Shown here: positions 7,242-13,746 of the stretch, piece by piece
Numbering within the stretch: position 1 is the first letter of the stretch
Layout: every line of letters starts with the position of its first letter
Virus record (IMG/VR): IMGVR_UViG_3300024505_000864
Length of the DNA stretch: 20,000 bases
Reading direction: 5' to 3' (one strand)
Source of the DNA: an uncultured virus (IMG/VR IMGVR_UViG_3300024505_000864)
Lineage: Duplodnaviria > Heunggongvirae > Uroviricota > Caudoviricetes
Made by a program: the position numbers and the translations under genes
The notes under the pieces: generated by a model
What the model was told of the DNA's origin: nothing
Seen by the model: only the letters and a program-made list of their open reading frames with translations
The model's database searches: none

Positions 7242-8303
7242 TCACAAGGCATTGCCTCGTGGTAATACCTCTTCGGGTAGCACAAAATTTTCATGTGGTT
7301 GGTCTACTGGAGCCATCCAGGCACGCAAGCCTTCGTTTAATAATATATTTTTTGTGTAAAATGTCTCAAATTCGGGATCTTCAGCAGCACGAATCTCCTG
7401 AGAGACAAAATCGTAAGCACGAAGGTTAAGGGCAAGACCAATAATACCGATACTGGAGGTCCAGAGACCCATAACAGGCACAAACAACATAAAGAAATGA
7501 AGCCAACGCTTGTTACTAAAAGCAATACCAAAAATCTGAGACCAGAATCTATTAGCAGTGACCATCGAGTAGGTCTCTTCTTCCTGTGTAGGTTCAAATG
7601 CTTTGAATGTATTTGATTGATCACTGTCTTCATAAAGTGTATTTTCTACTGTTGCTCCATGAATTGCACAGAGCAGTGCTCCACCAAGAATACCAGCAAC
7701 TCCCATCATATGGAAAGGGTTGAGGGTCCAGTTATGGAAACCTTGAAGGAACAAAAGGAACCTGAAGATTGCTGCCACCCCAAATGATGGAGCAAAGAAC
7801 CAACTGGATTGACCCAGTGGGTACATCAGAAACACAGAAACGAATACTGCAATAGGACCAGAGAATGCGATTGCATTATAAGGACGGATACCCACTAGAC
7901 GGGAAATCTCAAACTGACGAAGCATGAAACCGATCAGACTAAAGGCCCCGTGGAGTGCCACAAAAGTCCAGAGTCCCCCAAGTTGGAACCACCTGACGAT
8001 ATCCCCTTGAGCCTCAGGACCCCAAAGTAGAAGAAGAGAATGACCCATAGAATCTGCAGGCGTTGACACAGCTGCTGTTAGCACATTACAACCTTCTAAA
8101 AAACTTGAAGCAATACCGTGTGTATACCACGATGTCGTAAATGTAATGCCAGTCAACCAACCACCAAGAGCAAGATAGGCACAAGGTATAAAAAGTAATC
8201 CAGACCATCCAATAAACACAAACCTATCTCGTTTCAACCAATCATCAACTAGGTCAAATAAACCTCGTCGTTGATTTTGTAAAGAAATTGTAGATGAAAC
8301 CAT
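7242..8303 (-). CDS. psbD: Photosystem II D2 protein (353 aa; true start MVSSTIS at 8303)
   Basis: [16 protein letters not shown] ... [18 protein letters not shown] at 8312-8308. Confidence 0.98.
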   Translation of the reverse strand: MVSSTISLQNQRRGLFDLVDDWLKRDRFVFIGWSGLLFIPCAYLALGGWLTGITFTTSWYTHGIASSFLEGCNVLTAAVSTPADSMGHSLLLLWGPEAQGDIVRWFQLGGLWTFVALHGAFSLIGFMLRQFEISRLVGIRPYNAIAFSGPIAVFVSVFLMYPLGQSSWFFAPSFGVAAIFRFLLFLQGFHNWTLNPFHMMGVAGILGGALLCAIHGATVENTLYEDSDQSNTFKAFEPTQEEETYSMVTANRFWSQIFGIAFSNKRWLHFFMLFVPVMGLWTSSIGIIGLALNLRAYDFVSQEIRAAEDPEFETFYTKNILLNEGLRAWMAPVDQPHENFVLPEEVLPRGNAL

Positions 8304-8331
8304 CAAACCTCCGTAATGATTTGTAATATTT

Positions 8332-8360
8332 ATTTTATCACTTCTTAACAAAAGGGGCAA
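8332..8360 (-). promoter_or_regulatory. Sigma70-like promoter of psbD
   Basis: TTGCCC (8360-8355), 17 nt, TAAAAT (8337-8332). Similar to the promoter at 10430-10458. Confidence 0.6.
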
Positions 8361-8369
8361 TAGAGATTT

Positions 8370-9008
8370 CTACTTACTCTTCTTTTTCATAGGAGTATCT
8401 GGGTCAAGTCCTCTTTCTATTCTATATTGTCTCCATCTTTCCTTTGCTCTTTCACTACATTTATTTTTACCTTCTTCTGTTTTAGGTCCTTGGACTTCTG
8501 GTTTTTTTCTATTTCCTTCATCCCAAGATTTCTTACAACCTTCACTTAATTTTTTCTTATGTTCTTCTGTTTTTGGAGCATAAGAAGCACCAGGAATAAA
8601 TGTCCCTTCTTGGAACTTTCTTTTTAGAGTTTCACTTCTTTTCTTATTACTTTCTTCTGTTTGAGGAACACCAGTTTTTGTTTTCCTCATCTTTTCAACT
8701 GCTTCTGGTTTTTTAGGTTTTCCTAAATGAAGCAATCTTAATTTTTCCTTACTTTCTTCACTCATAGGTCCTCTATTTTCTCTTCCCCTTTCTTGTCCCA
8801 ACTTCATAAGAAGAGAAATAACTTCTTCTTTACCTATCATACCAGATAGACCCATCCAAGCAATTCTATCCTCCTCCTTTCCATATTGTTCCCACAATTT
8901 TTTATGTGCCTCTGCGTGTTCCTCAATAGTCATTTCAACAAGATTAGAAGGGTCATCAGTTCCTCCCATATGTCTTGGAATAATATGATGCTTGTGAGTA
9001 AGGGTCAT
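8370..9008 (-). CDS. Free-standing HNH homing endonuclease with NUMOD3-like DNA-binding repeats
   Basis: HKHHIIPRHMGGTDDPSNLVEMTIEEHAEAH followed by repeated (S/T)EExKxK(L/R)S motifs. Late promoter at 9038-9031. Confidence 0.88.
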   Translation of the reverse strand: MTLTHKHHIIPRHMGGTDDPSNLVEMTIEEHAEAHKKLWEQYGKEEDRIAWMGLSGMIGKEEVISLLMKLGQERGRENRGPMSEESKEKLRLLHLGKPKKPEAVEKMRKTKTGVPQTEESNKKRSETLKRKFQEGTFIPGASYAPKTEEHKKKLSEGCKKSWDEGNRKKPEVQGPKTEEGKNKCSERAKERWRQYRIERGLDPDTPMKKKSK

Positions 9009-9030
9009 ATCAAGTATGTTTAACTAATAC

Positions 9031-9038
9031 TATTTATA
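9031..9038 (-). promoter_or_regulatory. T4-type late promoter
   Basis: Exact TATAAATA 23 nt upstream of the endonuclease ATG. Confidence 0.7.
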
Positions 9039-9083
9039 CCAGTAGGTATACTAACAGGTATAAATGTTAAGAAATGCTGATAC

Positions 9084-9107
9084 AAAAAAGAGACCTTCAC
9101 AGGTCTC
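9084..9107 (-). terminator. Rho-independent terminator of the small-ORF cassette
   Basis: GAGACCT-GTGA-AGGTCTC-TTTTTT (GNRA loop). Confidence 0.8.
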
Positions 9108-9115
9108 CTCTTTAC

Positions 9116-9322
9116 TCATTTTCTAAAAAGTCGTTCAAGTTTTTCTTTGTTCTTGAAGAGTTCATAAGATTTGATTTGCTCTCCATAATACTTGCTGATA
9201 TGCCTACACAAATCTTCTTCTTGTTTAGTAATATCCAGATTATGTTTGTCTTTCAAGATAAGGATAGTTTCAATATCTTTGAGAGTACTATATGGAATAT
9301 TCAAAAATTCTTCGTAAGTCAT
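9116..9322 (-). CDS. Hypothetical protein, 68 aa
   Basis: ORF track. ATGA overlap with the upstream ORF. Confidence 0.7.
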   Translation of the reverse strand: MTYEEFLNIPYSTLKDIETILILKDKHNLDITKQEEDLCRHISKYYGEQIKSYELFKNKEKLERLFRK

Positions 9323-9465
9323 TTTCTAATCACAGCAATTACTTTACGGTTTGGATACTTCTCTACAATTATATCACGAGCACTCTCATAATCAATAGCA
9401 TCCTTTACGGTTTCATAATACACAGTTTTATCTGCGTCATCCCAAGTTTGAACTTCGTAAGTCAT
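9319..9465 (-). CDS. Hypothetical protein, 48 aa (MTYEVQTWDDADKTVYYETV...VIAVIRK)
   Basis: Manual translation. Fills the gap between neighbours with an ATGA overlap. Confidence 0.7.
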   Translation of the reverse strand: MTYEVQTWDDADKTVYYETVKDAIDYESARDIIVEKYPNRKVIAVIRK

Positions 9466-9468
9466 TCT

Positions 9469-9669
9469 TTATTCACCATCAAGAGTTCCTCTATCGTATC
9501 CAATATCTTCACCAACATCATATCCGTCACTATAACCTTCTTCGTAAAGTGCTCGGGCAAACTTCACAAAGGCATCAAAGTTTCCAGAATACTCCCAACC
9601 ATCATTCTCATCCCAATCTTCTTCAAAGTGTTCTTTTACAAGTTTGAGGATTTCTTCATCTAAAATCAT
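9469..9669 (-). CDS. Acidic hypothetical protein with GYxxG repeats
   Basis: ORF track. TAATG coupling to the upstream ORF. Confidence 0.7.
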   Translation of the reverse strand: MILDEEILKLVKEHFEEDWDENDGWEYSGNFDAFVKFARALYEEGYSDGYDVGEDIGYDRGTLDGE

Positions 9670-9908
9670 TAGAGTGCCTCCAGTTCAGTAGCAATACTCA
9701 AAATTGCCTCACGAATTTCGTCATTACGACCTTCCATTCCTGCGTCGTATTCTTTGTCCCCATAAAAACACCTATAATCGTCGGGGGCAACATTATCAGC
9801 AAGAACACGAAGGGCAGAGGCAAATCCATCACGAATTCTTCCTCCGTGAGAAAATACTTCATCAGCAGCATCTATGATTGCTTGTGCTTTGGGAGAAAGG
9901 TCAGTCAT
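9669..9908 (-). CDS. Hypothetical protein, 79 aa (MTDLSPKAQAIIDAA...)
   Basis: ORF track. TGATG coupling. Confidence 0.7.
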   Translation of the reverse strand: MTDLSPKAQAIIDAADEVFSHGGRIRDGFASALRVLADNVAPDDYRCFYGDKEYDAGMEGRNDEIREAILSIATELEAL

Positions 9909-10117
9909 CAGGCATCCTCCAAACGAATGTACTTTTCAAATAATCCTCTCATATCATAAAAATACGATCGTGCCCTATCAAGAACAGCAGTATCATAATC
10001 TTCTTGTGTGGGTTCCTCTTCCATTTCCATATCCTTCCAAACTTCCAAGAAATCTTCAACAGACATATGGTATTCCAGAGGAATGTATGCGATTTTGGGA
10101 ATGATTGAGTTAGTCAT
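9908..10117 (-). CDS. Acidic hypothetical protein, 69 aa
   Basis: ORF track. First gene after the stem-loop promoter. Confidence 0.7.
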   Translation of the reverse strand: MTNSIIPKIAYIPLEYHMSVEDFLEVWKDMEMEEEPTQEDYDTAVLDRARSYFYDMRGLFEKYIRLEDA

Positions 10118-10139
10118 CGGTTTGGTTGCTTATGAGAGT

Positions 10140-10196
10140 ATTATACCACCAAAAAGGGCACCTGCGAAGTGCCCTTGTTCCAGTTTAGAAAGTGTC
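10140..10196 (-). promoter_or_regulatory. Early promoter with stem-loop (PeSL-like cassette)
   Basis: GACACTT..AACTGG, then hairpin AAGGGCAC/GTGCCCTT (10176-10154), T-run, and extended -10 TGGTATAAT (TATAAT at 10145-10140). Confidence 0.65.
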
Positions 10197-10206
10197 TTTT
10201 ATATTT

Positions 10207-10299
10207 TTACCTATTATCAGTTTGTTCTCTGTATCTCTGTAAATCTCTAAACAATCCATTCACACCAATAAAGATTAGATACAATCCCAAAAAGGTCAT
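10207..10299 (-). CDS. 30-aa hydrophobic-start peptide (MTFLGLYLIFIGVNGLFRDLQRYREQTDNR)
   Basis: Manual translation. ATGA overlap with the psbD-remnant ORF. Confidence 0.4.
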   Translation of the reverse strand: MTFLGLYLIFIGVNGLFRDLQRYREQTDNR

Positions 10300-10403
10300 A
10301 CAGAAGTCCTCACGGAATCTAAGAGGTTTTGTTTAAGCCAGTCATCAAGGACATCGAACCAACCTCTCTGTGAAATGGGCGGTGAAAGAGTAGAAGAAGT
10401 CAT
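10296..10403 (-). pseudogene. psbD: Truncated psbD 5' remnant (first 24 codons of D2 plus 11 unrelated codons)
   Basis: Translates MTSSTLSPPISQRGWFDVLDDWLK|QNLLDSVRTSV*. RGWFDVLDDWLK is the canonical D2 N-terminus. GGAGG RBS at 10410-10406. Confidence 0.88.
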
Positions 10404-10429
10404 AGCCTCCTTTGTTATTTCTCATATTT

Positions 10430-10458
10430 ATCTTAACATTCCTTAACAAAGAAGTCAA
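10430..10458 (-). promoter_or_regulatory. Sigma70-like promoter of the psbD remnant with a direct repeat
   Basis: TTGACT (10458-10453), 17 nt, TAAGAT (10435-10430). TGTTAAG repeated with a 10-nt period. Confidence 0.6.
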
Positions 10459-10577
10459 CCCCAATAGATGACTCCAAGAGTGAAGAAAAGGAATATAAGA
10501 ATAGTGAAACCCATCATACCTACACCTGCCCAGATAATCCAGGGTTCCATAGGATGATGCTGATTATTATGAGACAT
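10455..10577 (-). CDS. 40-aa single-pass membrane peptide (MSHNNQHHPMEPWIIWAGVGMMGFTILIFLFFTLGVIYWG)
   Basis: Manual translation. Long hydrophobic helix, overlapping the end of the upstream endonuclease gene. Confidence 0.65.
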   Translation of the reverse strand: MSHNNQHHPMEPWIIWAGVGMMGFTILIFLFFTLGVIYWG

Positions 10578-11274
10578 TTTCTATAAATGAAATTACTTCT
10601 TGAACTGGTAAAGTATCTATAAAATGTTCAGTCATTCCACGACCCATACTCATTTCAGTTAATGGTGCTTTATATTGAGAAAACTCTTTTAAAACTTTCT
10701 TTTCTAAGTTCCATATGTCTATGGATTTTCCAGACCATTCTCCAATAAGTTCTGCCGTTTCTTTTTTGCGATACAACCAACCTTTATAAGACCTACCAAC
10801 TTTATACTTACCATTATGGAGTTTTATAAAATAAAGTTTATCTGGTCTTTCTGGTTCTTTACAAATCCATCCAACTGATTGTGGAAAAGGTTTTCCCTTT
10901 CTAGAACTTGGTTTTCCAATATTTGCCTTTTTAGTTGCTTCTATTGCTTTCTGAGAGCAAGACTTTCCATAATTTGGATTATTTTCACCAATATAACTTC
11001 TTCTTTTACTTAGAACTCTTTCGGCAAAATCTGGTGCTTGTGCTGGGTTCCCATAGTCATTACGAATACGAAGTTTTATATTATTTTCAGTTAGACATTT
11101 TCTTATCCACACTAACCCACATCCAAGAATATTTTTAATCTCTTTCATAGTTTTACCTTCTTGATAAAGAGATATTATTTTTTCTGGCGGAAAATTTTCT
11201 ATAAGTTTTTGAGTTCTTTCTTCATTCAATTTAGAAAGAGCATCCATACATTTTTTACTTGTTCCTCTTCCCAT
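10567..11274 (-). CDS. Putative free-standing homing endonuclease downstream of psbA (HTH, NUMOD3-like, C-terminal GIY-YIG-like)
   Basis: IISLYQEGKTMKEIKNILGC HTH-like segment, GENNPNYGK NUMOD3-like motif, KLYFIK...YKVGRS...LEKKV..TEHF. Late promoter at 11312-11305. Confidence 0.7.
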   Translation of the reverse strand: MGRGTSKKCMDALSKLNEERTQKLIENFPPEKIISLYQEGKTMKEIKNILGCGLVWIRKCLTENNIKLRIRNDYGNPAQAPDFAERVLSKRRSYIGENNPNYGKSCSQKAIEATKKANIGKPSSRKGKPFPQSVGWICKEPERPDKLYFIKLHNGKYKVGRSYKGWLYRKKETAELIGEWSGKSIDIWNLEKKVLKEFSQYKAPLTEMSMGRGMTEHFIDTLPVQEVISFIENVS

Positions 11275-11304
11275 TTACAATAACCTCTATACCAAACTCA
11301 TTAC

Positions 11305-11312
11305 TATTTATA
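11305..11312 (-). promoter_or_regulatory. T4-type late promoter
   Basis: TATAAATA starting in the U-tract of the psbA terminator. Confidence 0.7.
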
Positions 11313-11339
11313 AAAAAAGAGACCTTTGCAGGTCTCTTA
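11312..11339 (-). terminator. Rho-independent terminator of psbA
   Basis: AAGAGACCT-GCAA-AGGTCTCTT-TTTTT. Confidence 0.85.
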
Positions 11340-11364
11340 ATTATACCACTATTTGGTTTTTATA

Positions 11365-11452
11365 TCAACCAATTGAAGGTGCTTTGAGTGCGACTTCAAT
11401 AGATGAAGAAGCAGCAAGGTCAAGTGGGAAGTTGTGGGCATTCCTTTCATGC
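11365..11452 (-). CDS. psbA: Photosystem II D1 protein, exon 2 (..[29 protein letters not shown])
   Basis: Manual translation gives the conserved D1 C-terminus. Joining it to exon 1 restores MEVMHERNAH and a 360-aa protein. Confidence 0.95.
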
Positions 11453-11706
11453 CGTTGTTGTTATCGTAAAGGCTCTTTATCCTTTACTTCTCTATGTCGC
11501 CATAGAGTCCAGACTATCTCTTCATCCGTTCTGGATGCTGGGCATTCGTGGGTAGATTATTGTTGGGACTCACTACCTAGTCGTTAGACCTGCCGAAGAA
11601 CTTAAACCCTCTTCGGATTGGTACGGGATTGTCTACTTGAGAGTTTCCCCGTTTAACCCAGTTTCGTCAAGGAATATTCCTATTCCAGGGTGACTACATT
11701 TAGGAA
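11453..11706 (-). mobile_element. Group I self-splicing intron, 254 nt, no ORF
   Basis: Exon ends in U (GUGAU) and pairs with IGS GUCAC (11694-11690) through a U-G wobble. P10 AUGU pairs with exon-2 GCAU. P/Q elements AAACGGGGAA and AAUCCCGU. P7 GACUA (11582-11578) / UAGUC (11516-11512). P9 hairpins. Terminal G at 11453. Confidence 0.93.
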
Positions 11707-12701
11707 ATCACTTCCATTCCAAGTCCAGCACGGTTGAGGACATCAGCCCAAGTGTTAATCACTTTACCTTGACTATCAACGATTGACTGATTGAAATTAA
11801 AGCCATTCAAATTGAAAGCCATAGTGCTTACACCCAGAGCGGTAAACCAGATGCCGACCACAGGCCAGCTGGCGAGGAAGAAGTGAAGTGAACGAGAGTT
11901 GTTGAACGAAGCATATTGGAAGATAAGACGACCAAAGTAACCATGAGCAGCAACGATGTTATAAGTCTCTTCTTCTTGACCAAACTTGTAACCATAGTTC
12001 TGTGACTCGTTCTCAGTGGTTTCACGAACCAGTGAGGAAGTAACCAGAGAACCGTGCATAGCACTGAACAGAGAACCACCGAAGACACCAGCAACTCCAA
12101 GCATGTGGAAGGGGTGCATCAGGATGTTGTGCTCTGCTTGGAACACAAGCATGTAGTTGAAAGTACCAGAGATACCCAGAGGCATCGCATCAGAGAAAGA
12201 ACCTTGACCGAAAGGATAGACCAGGAACACTGCAGAAGCAGCAGCAACAGGTGCAGAGTAAGCAACACAGATCCAAGGACGCATACCTAGACGGTAAGAA
12301 AGTTCCCATTCACGACCCATGTAAGCATAGATACCGATGAGGAAGTGGAAGACAACGAGTTGGAAAGGACCACCGTTGTAAAGCCACTCATCTAGGGAAG
12401 CAGCTTCCCAGATGGGGTAAAAGTGCAGTCCAATTGCGTTGGAAGATGGAATTACAGCACCTGAAATGATGTTGTTTCCGTACATGAGTGAACCAGCAAC
12501 GGGTTCACGGATTCCATCAATGTCCACTGGGGGAGCACCGATGAATGCGATGATGAAGCAAGTGGTTGCAGCAAGCAGGCAAGGAATCATGAGAACTCCA
12601 AACCAACCGACATAAAGACGGTTATCGGTTGATGTAACCCAATTGCAGAATTGTTGCCAAATATTCGATTGTGATTGTTGACGTGAAATTGTAGCAGTCA
12701 T
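11707..12701 (-). CDS. psbA: Photosystem II D1 protein, exon 1
   Basis: Unmistakable D1 sequence ([30 protein letters not shown]) up to GLGMEV-AT. Confidence 0.98.
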
Positions 12702-12719
12702 TGTTTTAAGAAAGTTAAG

Positions 12720-12812
12720 TAGTCCATCAGGGAAATGGTGGAGTTACTTATTTCTCTATCACCCTCAGATAGAGACATGAGAGACGTAATTTATACACCC
12801 ATAGGTCTCGGT
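12720..12812 (-). ncRNA. Structured psbA 5' leader, PhotoRC-II-like RNA motif
   Basis: GAGAC/GTCTC, TCTCTATC/GATAGAGA with a TGAGGGT loop, and CCAT-TTCCCTG-ATGG hairpins. Matches my recollection of the cyanophage psbA leader motif; not confirmed by covariance search. Confidence 0.7.
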
Positions 12813-12867
12813 TAACGGGTGTTAAAAAATGTTTCAAATTGTGAGGAATTCGAAACATTTGCTTACC

Positions 12868-12901
12868 TATTTATAGTAGCACTGGGTCCAGTCTCTGTCA
12901 A
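12868..12901 (-). promoter_or_regulatory. psbA promoter: sigma70-like overlapped by a T4-type late promoter
   Basis: TTGACA (12901-12896), 17 nt, TACTAT (12878-12873). TATAAATA at 12875-12868. Confidence 0.75.
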
Positions 12902-12938
12902 GAGGTCCAATTGCTCAGATAACCCAATGGCAATTAAA

Positions 12939-13742
12939 TTATATTGCCCACTTATTTGTTATGTATTGTTCTATGGATAAAACTTCTGATGTATTCAAAG
13001 CTCTTGTCCAAATCAAACATTCGGCAATGTCACCAATAAAAAATCCAGTGCTTCCATCAATATCGCATCCACCATAAAATGTAGATGCCGAAGCACTAGT
13101 TGCAGCATTAACAGTGCCAGTGAATGTTAGTGCAACATCAATACCATCTAAACGTGCTTTAAATCTATTTGCATTGCCAGTTTGACTACCATCAAATACA
13201 AAAGTTATATGATGAAAATTAGTATCAACAGTTTGAGAATCTATAGTAAATGTAGCACCTGAATGTCCACCAACATACTGAGTTCCATTTTGTCCAAACT
13301 GGAAACCAGAAGTATTCGTTGTTGTAATAATTCTTCTACCAGCAGCAGTGCTTAGACTTCTATAAACCAAAACCAATGTAGTTGCAGACAAACTTTGCAA
13401 ATATGCAATAGGGTTAATTGAAAGTATTTCGTTATTATCAGCATCTTCTCCTGTTGGAGTTGCACCAGTATTGTTAAAACGAACTACACCATAACCATTC
13501 TGTATATTATTGAACCATTCTGGTCTTCTACCTCCAGTTGAGTTCCAATCGTGTGAACCTAAACCTCCAGCATTATGCCAAGATGATACTTCAGTTCCAG
13601 ATGCAATTATGCCAGAGTTAAAAGTTGATGCTAAAGACTGAGATGCATCATACCAAACTTCAAGGTTAGGTAATTGAGAAGCAGATGTAATAACAAGGGG
13701 TCTCATTCCAGAACGAAAACTTTGAGATGCTAAACCAAACAT
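12939..13742 (-). CDS. LamG / concanavalin-A-like domain virion protein
   Basis: LEVWYDAS, FHHITFVFDG...RLDG, FFIGDIAECLIWTRAL...IEQYITNKW. Confidence 0.75.
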   Translation of the reverse strand: MFGLASQSFRSGMRPLVITSASQLPNLEVWYDASQSLASTFNSGIIASGTEVSSWHNAGGLGSHDWNSTGGRRPEWFNNIQNGYGVVRFNNTGATPTGEDADNNEILSINPIAYLQSLSATTLVLVYRSLSTAAGRRIITTTNTSGFQFGQNGTQYVGGHSGATFTIDSQTVDTNFHHITFVFDGSQTGNANRFKARLDGIDVALTFTGTVNAATSASASTFYGGCDIDGSTGFFIGDIAECLIWTRALNTSEVLSIEQYITNKWAI

Positions 13743-13746
13743 AGGA

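Noticed and set aside
8304..8360. 19-aa N-terminal extension of D2 in the ORF track
   Set aside because: It starts at a TTG that is the -35 box. The RBS and D2 homology point to ATG 8303.
11384..11587. Plus-strand 67-aa ORF as an intron-encoded protein
   Set aside because: It is antisense to the intron and exon 2 and has no nuclease motif.
1255..12290. Plus-strand and alternative-frame ORFs in the track (e.g. 1255, 2030, 3569, 4693, 7337, 9292, 11828, 12054)
   Set aside because: They are shadows of well-supported minus-strand genes, with no RBS or recognisable motifs.
11700..12701. psbA as a truncated 333-aa pseudogene
   Set aside because: The stop lies inside a group I intron. The missing C-terminus is at 11452-11365 and splicing restores the frame.
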